A DNA stretch of 63,856 bases, the filler included, from Collodictyon triciliatum (Eukaryota): the NCBI GenBank assembly GCA_043381765.1. It is 13 parts of 13 records of this genome, joined end to end, with 100 filler letters (N's around TTAATTAATTAA, not from the genome) between each part and the next. Parts side by side here need not be neighbours in the genome. Positions count along the whole stretch, not along the records: positions 51,801 to 56,875 come from JBHJMP010005513.1; positions 56,976 to 62,049 come from JBHJMP010005515.1; positions 62,150 to 63,856 come from JBHJMP010005631.1; 10 more parts are not named here. The stretch is one strand, 5' to 3'. The notes below the pieces were generated by a model. It was not told where the DNA came from. It saw nothing but the letters and a program-made list of their open reading frames with translations, and made no database searches. Below, in pieces: positions 51,991-63,856 of the stretch (positions are counted from its first letter, which is position 1; the number at the start of each line of letters is the position of its first letter). The position numbers and the translations under genes were made by a program.

Positions 51991-53351
51991 GGGATCTCAT
52001 TCGAAAAATCAGACAAGGGAAATCTGCTGAGGGCTTCAACTTGGTTCCTTTTGTCTGCATGATAGCAAACACTTGGCTTTGGTCATGGTAAGAATCATGA
52101 AGAGGTGCTGGTATACTTAAAACTAGCTGTCAGTTTTGTACTCATCACATGTGTTTTTTCCTCTTCAAAGGTATGGCTTGCTGATAAATCAGCCGGTCAT
52201 TTACTTTCTTAATTCGGTTGGGGGACTCATCACGCTATACTATACCATGAATTTCTATGCCTTTGTTCCTGATAAGGTTTTCATTGTAGCACGTATCAAA
52301 AAAGAAAAAGAAAAAGAAAAAGAAAAAGAAAAAGAAAAAAGAAATTAAACAAAATAATTACTCATACTTCTTTTCTCCTTGTAATCATACTTTGTATAAC
52401 TTCAATCGATACACATGTGAATATTTCTCATAAAACTGACGTTCATAAATAGGACTTGAAGAAGACAAATATCCTTGTGTTTGGAGTATTTAGTTTTCTT
52501 ACTCTATTGACCGGTATATGGATTGATGCAATCTATAAAAATCAGTGTTTCTATGATATCATATTCTCCTGTATATATTTTAAGACTGGGTACTTCAACA
52601 AAACGAATTCTGTTACTTTGCAATCAACCTCGCAAAATTTCCTTTTTGTTGACCAATACATTACTCGAATGATACGGGAACGACAGGAGTGACCCAATTT
52701 TTCTTTTCTGAGTCTGCCTCCGATGTAAGTGGAACAGCAGCTGTCATCGCAAACATCATCGCTTTAGGGTCTCCATTAATGAATCTGGTCTGTTACCTTC
52801 ACACAAATATGTGGTTCTCTTTTGAAACCATATAAGTGGTTAAAATTTAGTTTACATTCGATATGCATTTTATAATTTTGCAATTTGCATCACTAATTTT
52901 ATGATTCTGCATGTATTCACATTAGCACGCAATTACTAATCCATAATCCATGGGAACCATTAGATTCGTGTGGTTCAGACAAAAAGCACTCATACTATGT
53001 CGCTTCCATTGGCCGTTTCGAGTGTGGGATTGGGTTGCTTGTGGTTCTTGTATGGATACTTGGTTGGAGATATCTACATTATGTTTCCAAACGCTCTCGC
53101 AGTGTGCTTCGGAGTCATTCAAGTATTCATTGAGATGCATATGTTGAGATAACATGTATTACTTTTGAAAAAATTTGCTATTTATTAGGTATTTGATGTA
53201 AATATGCAAAAGTTGCAATCATAACAACTCTAATTCTCGAATTATTTATTCCTTCGATTTATATGTACATGGACAGTTGGTTGTCTATTTTATCTTTGGA
53301 AACTCTCGGGGATCAACAAATTTCATGAAGGAGCTTGTTTCTCTGAAGCGC
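51991..53351 (+). CDS. SWEET (MtN3/saliva) sugar transporter, both ends missing
   Basis: IRQGKSAEGFNLVPFV...LWSWYG, NSVG, LGSPL, VVQTKSTHTMSLPL, LWFLYGYLVGDIYIMFPNAL. Confidence 0.9.
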
Positions 53352-55128
53352 NNNNNNNNNNNNNNNNNNNNNNNNNNNNNNNNNNNNNNNNNNNNNNNNN
53401 NNNNNNNNNNNNNNNNNNNNNNNNNNNNNNNNNNNNNNNNNNNNNNNNNNNNNNNNNNNNNNNNNNNNNNNNNNNNNNNNNNNNNNNNNNNNNNNNNNNN
53501 NNNNNNNNNNNNNNNNNNNNNNNNNNNNNNNNNNNNNNNNNNNNNNNNNNNNNNNNNNNNNNNNNNNNNNNNNNNNNNNNNNNNNNNNNNNNNNNNNNNN
53601 NNNNNNNNNNNNNNNNNNNNNNNNNNNNNNNNNNNNNNNNNNNNNNNNNNNNNNNNNNNNNNNNNNNNNNNNNNNNNNNNNNNNNNNNNNNNNNNNNNNN
53701 NNNNNNNNNNNNNNNNNNNNNNNNNNNNNNNNNNNNNNNNNNNNNNNNNNNNNNNNNNNNNNNNNNNNNNNNNNNNNNNNNNNNNNNNNNNNNNNNNNNN
53801 NNNNNNNNNNNNNNNNNNNNNNNNNNNNNNNNNNNNNNTAATCTAAACCCCCCATACAGACGTGCGCACAGCAGAGTCACCGTGAGCCGCCTCCCAGAGC
53901 TTGTGAGTGATATTGCACCATCACGGACCCAATGACCGGCAAGACTTACAAACAGGAGGCTATGAATAAATAGAACAAAACAACTGAAACCAAAGCCAAG
54001 CAACACCACCACCGCGCTTCTGCCTCGTTCTCGTTTTTCTCTTTTTTTATTCAAGCTTATTTAATACAACGCGCCCACGCAGAGAGACGCGCTACTTCCC
54101 CAGAGTGGGGTTGAANNNNNNNNNNNNNNNNNNNNNNNNNNNNNNNNNNNNNNNNNNNNNNNNNNNNNNNNNNNNNNNNNNNNNNNNNNNNNNNNNNNNN
54201 NNNNNNNNNNNNNNNNNNNNNNNNNNNNNNNNNNNNNNNNNNNNNNNNNNNNNNNNNNNNNNNNNNNNNNNNNNNNNNNNNNNNNNNNNNNNNNNNNNNN
54301 NNNNNNNNNNNNNNNNNNNNNNNNNNNNNNNNNNNNNNNNNNNNNNNNNNNNNNNNNNNNNNNNNNNNNNNNNNNNNNNNNNNNNNNNNNNNNNNNNNNN
54401 NNNNNNNNNNNNNNNNNNNNNNNNNNNNNNNNNNNNNNNNNNNNNNNNNNNNNNNNNNNNNNNNNNNNNNNNNNNNNNNNNNNNNNNNNNNNNNNNNNNN
54501 NNNNNNNNNNNNACGCCGACGAACGTCCCACCCTTCCCCGTCTGCTGGCAGTGGATCCACTGCGAGTCGTCCCGCACTTGTTCGCAGCCCCCCAGTTGTG
54601 CAGAGCAGCATTGATCTTGTGCGGCAAAGCATCTTGTTCCTTTCTGCCGCAAAAAGCAGAAGGTGTCATGTTTGGTGGGCTTTGAGTCAGGGCGTTTGGA
54701 CAAGTGGCTTTGCGAATAGCGAGGCTTCGGCCAAAGTGGACGATGTTTGCAACTGCCCTCCGTCTCATGGCTCACACTCCCTTTTCTCCTTGCAGCTTTC
54801 CGCTGCCAGATAGCCTTCCTCACTCGCCTTGCTCGACAACTGATTCAACTCATCGCTAATCATTTCTTGTTGGCCACCTTCTTCTTTTTCCTCAACAAGA
54901 AACAAGCAGCGCACCAAACAAAGGAATCGAACCGCCCTTTCTGCATTGGGAAACGCAACACTGCATATGGTATCAATAAACAAACATCCCAACAGCGCGC
55001 TTCTGCAACTTTCGTTCTTTTCTTATTGTTCTCTTTATTCCATCCAAGCTTGTATGCACCCGAAAGAGTGTGCATATTGATGAATGGAGCGAGAGTAGCT
55101 AACGAAATTCAGTTTAATCGTGGAAAGC

Positions 55129-56770
55129 CTACAGTCTGGGCACTGCGCAGGTGTTGGGCTCATCAAGGAGGACACCCGGGTTCATCACCCACTCAGGGTC
55201 AACTATGCAAAATAAGTCGTGTCAGCCTGGCTGTGCCATGAAAAAAAAAGGTTGCATCTCTTCGTGTCTATCTAAATGGGTTTAATTCATTTATTTATGT
55301 TGCCTGTTAGGAATATGTAAATCACGTACCTCGATATTTGACAGCCCCCAGAATCTCCGAGTAAAATGAGGGAATCTCCTTTTTGTACCACTCCATGTGA
55401 TATCGACCGACAGAGTGATGGTGGGTGATTGTGGCCCCAAATTGGTGGATGACATCACCAGAGACCTTCTTTATGGCTTCCCACTAACAGTTGTGTTTGG
55501 ATAGGATATGTTTGAATAAATTCACAAAATATAAGTGAGAGATTTAGCTCCTGTTGGCTGGAAACAGAACGTGTCATTCCACTAGCACGCATGCATAGAG
55601 TCTCTGACAGCGCACTTCCCGATTATGCTTTTTTGTACGATTAATTCTCCAAAAAAAAAAGGTAGAAAAAACGGAAGTACCAAATCGTACAAATACCACC
55701 GCGTCTGCTTCGATATTTATATTTCTTAATTATTATTATTATTATTTTTTGTACAGGTAGAGCTTGGGCAAATGATGCTCACCTTATCGACCATTTTCTC
55801 GAGGTCTCCACACCAAACGAGGACGGTATAGTAAGGTGCAACACCAGAAACGTAGACAGCAGTAAAGCGACACGTGATGATACCATATCCTCCACTGCTC
55901 CAATGCGTTCGACATAACAAATTTTTTCAAGAGAACCAAAAATTAACGAAAAGCTGAACACACAAAATCAACAAAGAGCAGTAATAAAGAGGGATATAAA
56001 CACTCCTGAGTAAATGATGGTGGAAAAAAAAGTTCAAATGCACCGCATATTACCAAACTTCTCTAATTTTCTCTTGTACACGAGTGGTCATGGTTTGGTG
56101 GAAGTGTGGAAATCGATCCCAGGTCACAGCCGTTTCGAAAGTTTCTATCGAACGGCAAGGCAGAGTCCAGTTAGCACGGTAATTTAATAACGAAGTAGAA
56201 AGTATGTTTGGATTTTTATTTTCGTCTTTATTTCTCTTATCCATCAATAATGAATATGACCAACCAGATATAAATCCATGGCGAATTAGTTCATCTCGGA
56301 GATAAGGTGCGGCAAGAAAAGATTTCCGCCACTCACCAGCAGCACCCTCTCTTTCACCTGTATTGTATAATTATTGATATATAATACTATTCTTTTCCCT
56401 TTATTCGATTCAAAGTAATATATAATACTATTTAATATTCAATGGTAGTAAAACTTCGAAATGAAAAACCTTCATCGCTTTTTGTTGTGTGAAGAGACTC
56501 TTCAAGATACTTTCCAAAAGAACCGTTACAAATTGAGAGAGCCTCGCGCAGCCTCTCTGTTTGGTCGCAAGCCACAGACTCAAACCCTTTTATAACCGAG
56601 TTGCATTAAAGGCCCAAAATAGTGAGATAACCACGTGAAATATGCACACATGATCTTTGTTAACTCATTTATACCCAAGAGCAGAACTGTGGAATCACCA
56701 GAGCCCAACCCCATCATGAAGGCTTCTTTCTCGTCAACAAGCCGGCATTGAGCAGGATTTAAACCAGACT
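55129..56770 (-). CDS. FAD-linked oxidoreductase, alkyl-DHAP synthase (AgpS)-like, C-terminal half
   Basis: GLNPAQCRLVD, WRKSFLAAPYLRDEL, ETFETAVTWDRF, ITCRFTAVY...APYYT, ATITHHHSVGRYH, DPEWVMNPGVLL...PRL-stop. Confidence 0.88.
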
Positions 56771-56975
56771 GAATGTGTTAAGAATATAAAATTGTAAAAA
56801 AAAAAAAAAAGAAAAGAAAAAAAGTAAAAAAAGGAAAAAAAAAAAGCAAGAAAAAAAAAAAAAAAAAAAAAAACANNNNNNNNNNNNNNNNNNNNNNNNN
56901 NNNNNNNNNNNNNNNNNNNTTAATTAATTAANNNNNNNNNNNNNNNNNNNNNNNNNNNNNNNNNNNNNNNNNNNN

Positions 56976-57006
<31 letters not shown>

Positions 57007-57046
57007 CTTTTCTTTTCTTTTCTTTTTTCTTTTCTTTTCTTTTTTC

Positions 57047-57077
<31 letters not shown>

Positions 57078-57313
57078 TTTTTTTTTCTTTTCTTTTTCTT
57101 TTTCTTTTTCTTTTTCTTTTTCTTTTTCTTTTTCTTTTTCTTAATTTTAATTTTTAATTTTTAATTTTATTTAAATATTCTAATTTTTGTGCTTTTTTTG
57201 CAATCTTCCTTTTTATATATATTTTTTGATTTCTTTGATTTTTTTTAAACAAGGCAATATTAAATGTTCGTTCTCTTTTGAAGATTTTTTTTGAAAAATA
57301 CATCGTGGTTCAG

Positions 57314-59600
57314 GGCAAACGACAACACGGTGTTGTTTGGCCAACGAGGACCGCCCGTTCACGATGTCATGCACACCAGGAACTTCCATCTCAACAATCG
57401 ATTTTGCGAGCTATGGTAACCCACAGGTAAAATATAAATATAGATAGCTCGACAATATCAAAAGTCAAAACAAAGGCTGGAAACCCGTGATATGGTGAAT
57501 ACATCGAGTAATCACCGTGCAATCTACTCTCCTCTTTCAGGGGCATTGCAGCAAATACTCTCAAGGTTCTTGTCATGCTTCTGAATCAAAGGTTTTGAGC
57601 GAATCGAATCTTTATCTCATACACAAATGCATTCAAAAACATCCTGGCGATCCATGGAATACTCACTGACGGTTACTTAGAAAATTCTGGAAACATGTTT
57701 GGGACAAGAAAAATGCTCCTTCGTTGTATCCAACGAGCATTTTGGCCAGGACCCATGCCCAGGAACAGGGAAACATCTCTCGGCCCAGTGGACGTGTCGA
57801 GGTTTGATTAGCTTCTGTGAAAATGAGATTTTAGTGCTGTATTTTTGTAATTATGGTCAACAGTGTGGTATACTCTTACAAAGTAATAAGGGACATTAAA
57901 TATGACAATAATTTGATAATGCAAGGAACCGAGGTGCAGTACAGCCAACCACTTGATGGAAGTCCCCCTCTCCGCACAACTGGAAGGTTTATTGTGGACT
58001 CGACAGGAAGGCGTATTAAAATTGCTGCAGTTAACTGGTATATCTGATGGACTCATACACCAATAACATCCGAATCCCCTCGCCACAACCACAGTAAAAT
58101 AGCTATAAAAATTCAAATAATACAGGTACGGAGCTCATTGCATGAACTTTGTTCAGAATGGACTTCATTTGAACTCGGTATATGAGATTGTTCGCCATAT
58201 AAAACAATCGGGATTCAATACAGTCAGATTGAACTGGTGATCATTCCGTATATTACGTGGCATCTTTTCAAAAAATCGCATCAATAGTTTGTTGACCACG
58301 ATATGGGGAATCTCTTAAGACTAAGTGAATTTTAATTAAAAAAAAAAAAAAAAAAGGTCCAACGAAATGGTACAACGAAACCCAATCGTTGAAAGTCAGT
58401 ATGTTGCAGCCAATCCACAATTCATAGGTTTATTGTGTTTCAGTTAGATTGAATGTTTATTTCTTTGTAGAATATTTTATAAAAGAAAAAAGGAATTTCG
58501 TCAACAGAATCCTCTTTGGTATCGAAATTAGGTAAAAGTGCCATGGAAATATATGATGCTGTTGTTGATACGCTAAATGGGGCCGGTCTTTATGTTATTC
58601 TCGACAATCATATATCTGATGCTGATTGGTGTTGGTAAGTGTATGACGTTAAGCTGGTTGAAAATAGGATCTATATTTGAATGGTTTAGAGCAAAATGTG
58701 TACCATAAGAAACATGACCATTTATCTTTTGCTAGCAATGATGATGATGAAAACGGTCTTTGGTATAACAAGCGATATTCTTACGATTCATGGATTAATG
58801 ACTGGTCATACATGGTAAAGAGGCATGTGAATCGTGGCAATGTTATCGCAGCCGAACTGCGGAATGAGCTTCGACTAAGGTATGGTGAACAGAATATATG
58901 ATAATTAACTAATCTATTCTTCAGTGACGATTTTGTTCCATGGCTTCATCCACCCCTTTGAAAAAAAATCGTAAAATGTTAGCTGTGGCTTCAATGAGAC
59001 AAGGCCTCGAGAATGCCGGTACCCGTCATGGGGTGATGGAAATACAAAGACCGATTGGCAAATAGCCGCAACTCGTGCAGGAAATGCTATACACTCTCAA
59101 GTAACCCAGTCCATATCATATTAATTCAAATGTCATACTAAATTTCAATTTAAAAAAAAACGAGAGAAGGGTCTTTAAGTTTATCATCCGCTTTCATGTA
59201 GAATCCCAATCTTCTTGTAATGGCGTCGGGTATTGCATATGCATCTGACCTTCGCTTTGTCAAGAGCTACCCTATCAAGCTAAATATTCCTAACAAGGTC
59301 ATTTCTCTGGAATCCTTTTTATTCCATCAACAATATGTCCATCTATTTTTTTTTCATTTTATTCTTTATCATCCGGCAATATCACAGATTGTTTATGTCG
59401 CTCACGATTATCCATGGTTCCATCCAAATTACAAGGTTTGCAAAAATGAATATGTCTGGTTTTCGCCTGAAATTTATATTTTTTAGCATATTTTGAATTT
59501 ATATCCATAAGGACTACGGCACTTTTACATCTGCCATTGAAGATAAGTGGGGATATCTTGCCAACATTGGGTCTCAATATGAAAGCGTTATTTTCTTAAG
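57314..59600 (+). CDS. SUEL/galactose-rhamnose-binding lectin domain fused to a GH5 glycoside hydrolase
   Basis: IDFASYGNPQGHC...CLGQEKCS...FGQDPCPGTGKHL spliced in frame to TGRFIVDSTG...VNWYG, GFNTVRLNWS, VILDNH...WCC, AELRNELR, VYVAHDYPW. Confidence 0.88.
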
Positions 59601-60391
59601 GTAAGATTACCAGTNNNNNNNNNNNNNNNNNNNNNNNNNNNNNNNNNNNNNNNNNNNNNNNNNNNNNNNNNNNNNNNNNNNNNNNNNNNNNNNNNNNNNN
59701 NNNNNNNNNNNNNNNNNNNNNNNNNNNNNNNNNNNNNNNNNNNNNNNNNNNNNNNNNNNNNNNNNNNNNNNNNNNNNNNNNNNNNNNNNNNNNNNNNNNN
59801 NNNNNNNNNNNNNNNNNNNNNNNNNNNNNNNNNNNNNNNNNNNNNNNNNNNNNNNNNNNNNNNNNNNNNNNNNNNNNNNNNNNNNNNNNNNNNNNNNNNN
59901 NNNNNNNNNNNNNNNNNNNNNNNNNNNNNNNNNNNNNNNNNNNNNNNNNNNNNNNNNNNNNNNNNNNNNNNNNNNNNNNNNNNNNNNNNNNNNNNNNNNN
60001 NNNNNNNNNNNNNNNNNNNNNNNNNNNNNNNNNNNNNNNNNNNNNNNNNNNNNNNNNNNNNNNNNNNNNNNNNNNNNNNNNNNNNNNNNNNNNNNNNNNN
60101 NNNNNNNNNNNNNNNNNNNNNNNNNNNNNNNNNNNNNNNNNNNNNNNNNNNNNNNNNNNNNNNNNNNNNNNNNNNNNNNNNNNNNNNNNNNNNNNNNNNN
60201 NNNNNNNNNNNNNNNNNNNNNNNNNNNNNNNNNNNNNNNNNNNNNNNNNNNNNNNNNNNNNNNNTTTATCTTTTTTTATCTTTTTTTATCTTTTTTTATC
60301 TTTTTTTATCTTTTTTTATCCTTTTTATCCTTTTTATTTTTTATTTAAATCTATTGCACTGGTGTTTGTTTTTGAAAACTATGCAATCTTA

Positions 60392-60900
60392 GACACTTCT
60401 ACTAAGCAACAACAGCCTGACATCGCTCTCCCCTGCGATAGAGAGGCTGCCTCACCTTCGCGGTACAGACACTCCTTCATATTGATGCTGATATCAATGC
60501 TTTTTACCCACCAACCAACATAAATGCGTGCACATATCATCCACTAAGAAAAACATTCTTTTTCCTGTTCTTTTTCTTTTTCATTCGGCCCCTCCACCTT
60601 GCAGAACTGCGCATAGACGGGAACGCACTCTCCTCACTCCCACAGGAACTCGGCACACTGGCTGAATTGAGTGTCCTGGACATCGGAGGAAACAACCTCA
60701 TGCGAGTTCCTCTTTGTGTGTTTCACATATACGCACGAGCCGCGTCTGGGGCATCGCATTCCCTGGCCCATCAAATCTCGTAGAATGCAACAGAACGCCC
60801 TGCACGCCGCATCACAAGCCGTTCATCTCATTCATGGCGAGTCAGACTACCAATACTAATGAAATCAGTCGACTGGAATGCCTATCTTCAGAGAACTTGT
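60392..60900 (+). CDS. Leucine-rich-repeat protein fragment between assembly gaps
   Basis: LLLSNNSLTSL, LRELRIDGNALSSLPQELGTLAELSVLDIGGNNLMRVP. Confidence 0.7.
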
Positions 60901-61952
60901 GAGTTGNNNNNNNNNNNNNNNNNNNNNNNNNNNNNNNNNNNNNNNNNNNNNNNNNNNNNNNNNNNNNNNNNNNNNNNNNNNNNNNNNNNNNNNNNNNNNN
61001 NNNNNNNNNNNNNNNNNNNNNNNNNNNNNNNNNNNNNNNNNNNNNNNNNNNNNNNNNNNNNNNNNNNNNNNNNNNNNNNNNNNNNNNNNNNNNNNNNNNN
61101 NNNNNNNNNNNNNNNNNNNNNNNNNNNNNNNNNNNNNNNNNNNNNNNNNNNNNNNNNNNNNNNNNNNNNNNNNNNNNNNNNNNNNNNNNNNNNNNNNNNN
61201 NNNNNNNNNNNNNNNNNNNNNNNNNNNNNNNNNNNNNNNNNNNNNNNNNNNNNNNNNNNNNNNNNNNNNNNNNNNNNNNNNNNNNNNNNNNNNNNNNNNN
61301 NNNNNNNNNNNNNNNNNNNNNNNNNNNNNNNNNNNNNNNNNNNNNNNNNNNNNNNNNNNNNNNNNNNNNNNNNNNNNNNNNNNNNNNNNNNNNNNNNNNN
61401 NNNNNNNNNGGACTCGGCCAGTGGCAGCAGAAGTCATTCCATGGAGTTTGTTTGAAGGGACGAGTTTCCTGGAGTCTTGAGTCCGAACAGAACCTGCAAC
61501 AGAATTACGGCGAGGCAGATGAGACAATCGCGTAGATGCACAAGTTGGAGAATTGAGAGTACAACCAGCTTGCATTTTTGAAAAACACTCCCTCATGTGT
61601 CTGACACTTTACTGCACTCGAAGAAAAGAATGTGCAGGCTATGAAGTAAAGTTCATGAATTACCATATGTCAGGGCGTAGTTTGACAGCTTTGATTCCTT
61701 GTCTAGCTCGGCTGTTGAGCCCATCGAAGCCCATGGAGGTCGCCTGCGTTAGTATGCAAAAGTGAATGCCGGATATTACACTCGAGTATGTAAGGTAACT
61801 TGACTTTGGAGCAGAACTTCAAATACAAAGTGGGCAAAAATGTGTGTTGATAAATATATCCGTATGTGCAGCGAGGTTAATCCGAAAGAGCACAAAAAAG
61901 AGGCTTGTGCAGGTAAAATGGTATTTTGTTAATCGCTACGACTGTCGTTTCA

Positions 61953-62049
<97 letters not shown>

Positions 62050-62610
62050 NNNNNNNNNNNNNNNNNNNNNNNNNNNNNNNNNNNNNNNNNNNNTTAATTA
62101 ATTAANNNNNNNNNNNNNNNNNNNNNNNNNNNNNNNNNNNNNNNNNNNNAAAAACGCCCCCCACCCCCCCCTTTTTCACCGTTTTTTTAAATGTTTCCTT
62201 GTAACCCGGTGCCCTTTTTTTTTTTTTTTTTTTGGATTGCCTTGATTTTTTTCACTAAATTTATATATAGCCCATGATATATATGTCTCATCGTTTGACC
62301 TCTAGAATAGATCGCCTCTTGCATAACCGAATTGCATATGTTATCAAAATAAATAAAAGTATATTCATGTTTCTATAATTTAAATACGTGCATAATATAG
62401 CTCTAATATCGGATACAAAGGCCAATTATGCGATACCTTCGATTAAACCGTAACTTCACTTTTAAAATCTATTCAAAGATATCCTTCAAAAAACGAACGA
62501 ACAAATAAAAAAATTAATAAAAAATGAATAAAAACGAAGAAATCGTACAGGAAGAGACATAAAATAGCTAGGTTACGATTTTTATGCTTTAAATTTCATT
62601 ATAAATTAGA

Positions 62611-63640
62611 TTGAAATGGTCTATCGGTTCACAATACATCGTATTTCCGCCTAACTCGCCCACAAATCAGCTATGGACATCATATTTTGCTGGTTGGTTG
62701 GACGAAGTGAGGGTTTGGAATTATGCCAGATCACCAGCAGAAATCGGCCAGAATTTTATGAAGCCACTGGCAGGTGGTATACCTATCATCATTTATTACA
62801 AAATTGTTTGAAGAATAATTGCTCATTTAGATGGGTGTGTTAAATTACTTAAATTCAGGCACAGAGGATGGGTTAATACTATACTTCCCCTTTAACGAAG
62901 GAAGTGGCAACAAAACAAAAAACCAAGCTGGCTTAGGAAAAATGGCAGAAATCCAATCATTGAGCAATCATTCTGACGATATGTGGGAAAATAACATGAT
63001 ATTCGATGTAATAGATATGAAAAACCGTAAGGATTTATAAATAGTTGAATCCAATAATTGAAAATTGTTTTCTTATAATTGATAAGCTATATTTTAGTTT
63101 CTTTGAATGGAATAAAGAAAAAAAAAGCTACATTTTAGTTGAGAAATTTTCTATTTCTTCTGTGCGAGTTGATGCTAGTCATTTTTTAAGTTTACTTTTT
63201 TTTTTTGAATTTCTACTGTCAAATACGTCTGGTAGAGACAAAGACAAGCCCTTCTATCAGAATGCAATCGAGGACAAACAACACTATAAATGGGCCTGGT
63301 CCCTACAATTTTCGATTTAGTACGATGATGGCATCAGTATCTACCGACCAGCTTCTGATATACCACGAAGGAACGACATGGATATATCACATAGGTTGTA
63401 GTTTAATCCATAACCACCCGTAATGTGCAAAAAAATTAAGATGATTAACCAATCGAAGTAACTAATTTTCCTTGTAACCAAAGCCCTTAGTGCATACGAA
63501 GAGATTATAACAGAGAGTCCATCATCGAGATATGGGGCGTCTATGGCGTATGTCCGAGGAAAGGTCTACATGTACGGGGGTACGGATAGACCTGGTGACC
63601 CAACTAGCTCCATGAACGAGATCTACGCATTTGATACCGG
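62611..63640 (+). CDS. Fragment of a protein with a LamG/ConA-like domain followed by a Kelch repeat
   Basis: FAGWLDEVRVWNYARS...GLILYFPFNEGSG (LamG-like); PSSRYGASMAYVRGKVYMYGG...NEIYAFDT (Kelch). Confidence 0.7.
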
Positions 63641-63856
63641 TAATTCTTTACCTACACCTTTCCTATAGATTTTTCGTCAATTAGGAGAAACCCGTGCTGA
63701 TAAAATTTTAACGATATTTCTATTTTCTTACCATCAAGCAAACTTGTTTTTATTTCTATTCATTACTTTACCATAAAATGGACTGTAAAGCAAGCAAAAA
63801 AACAAAAAACAAAAAACAAAAAACAAAAAACAAAAAACAAAAAACAAAAAACAAAA

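Noticed and set aside
52514-52712. Apparent non-canonical TG or GAG acceptors in the SWEET gene
   Set aside because: A canonical CAG acceptor at 52686 gives in-frame GVTQFFFSESAS with the expected length.
53352-54513. Long ORFs spanning N-runs (also 60859-61596)
   Set aside because: Artefacts of translating assembly gaps.
5084-62149. Regularly spaced TTAATTAATTAA motifs, and gene neighbourhoods across them
   Set aside because: Artificial concatenation linkers; adjacency across them has no biological meaning.

Overview
The window is not one locus. It is 13 unrelated ~5 kb contigs/scaffolds joined by an artificial N-run + TTAATTAATTAA linker, and many pieces end in microsatellites. The DNA is from an AT-rich, intron-dense microbial eukaryote (protist or amoeba-like; taxon not determinable here), so the ORF track shows only exon fragments. 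Genes reconstructed by manual splicing: NHL-type propeller, HAD hydrolase, pyruvate kinase with a long EPKKEP-repeat N-terminal extension, a SelM/Sep15-family selenoprotein (in-frame UGA plus a candidate SECIS; absent from the ORF track), phosphopantetheine adenylyltransferase, a DUF4062-NTPase-TPR protein, an intronless SQ-repeat protein, a B12-dependent monomeric class II ribonucleotide reductase with a mitochondrial-type presequence, GSK3, TRM11, a Cav/Nav-like channel with an unusual pore residue, a >1,690 aa protein of about 94 18-aa repeats with a YGxTxT motif, a SWEET transporter, a bacterial-type AgpS-like FAD oxidoreductase ending in a PTS1-like tripeptide, a SUEL-lectin/GH5 fusion, and LRR and LamG/Kelch fragments. 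Mobile DNA: a decayed Helitron with a nested LINE, an internally deleted LINE, and several very short 5'-truncated LINE tails with target-site duplications. All family assignments come from recalled motifs, not database searches.
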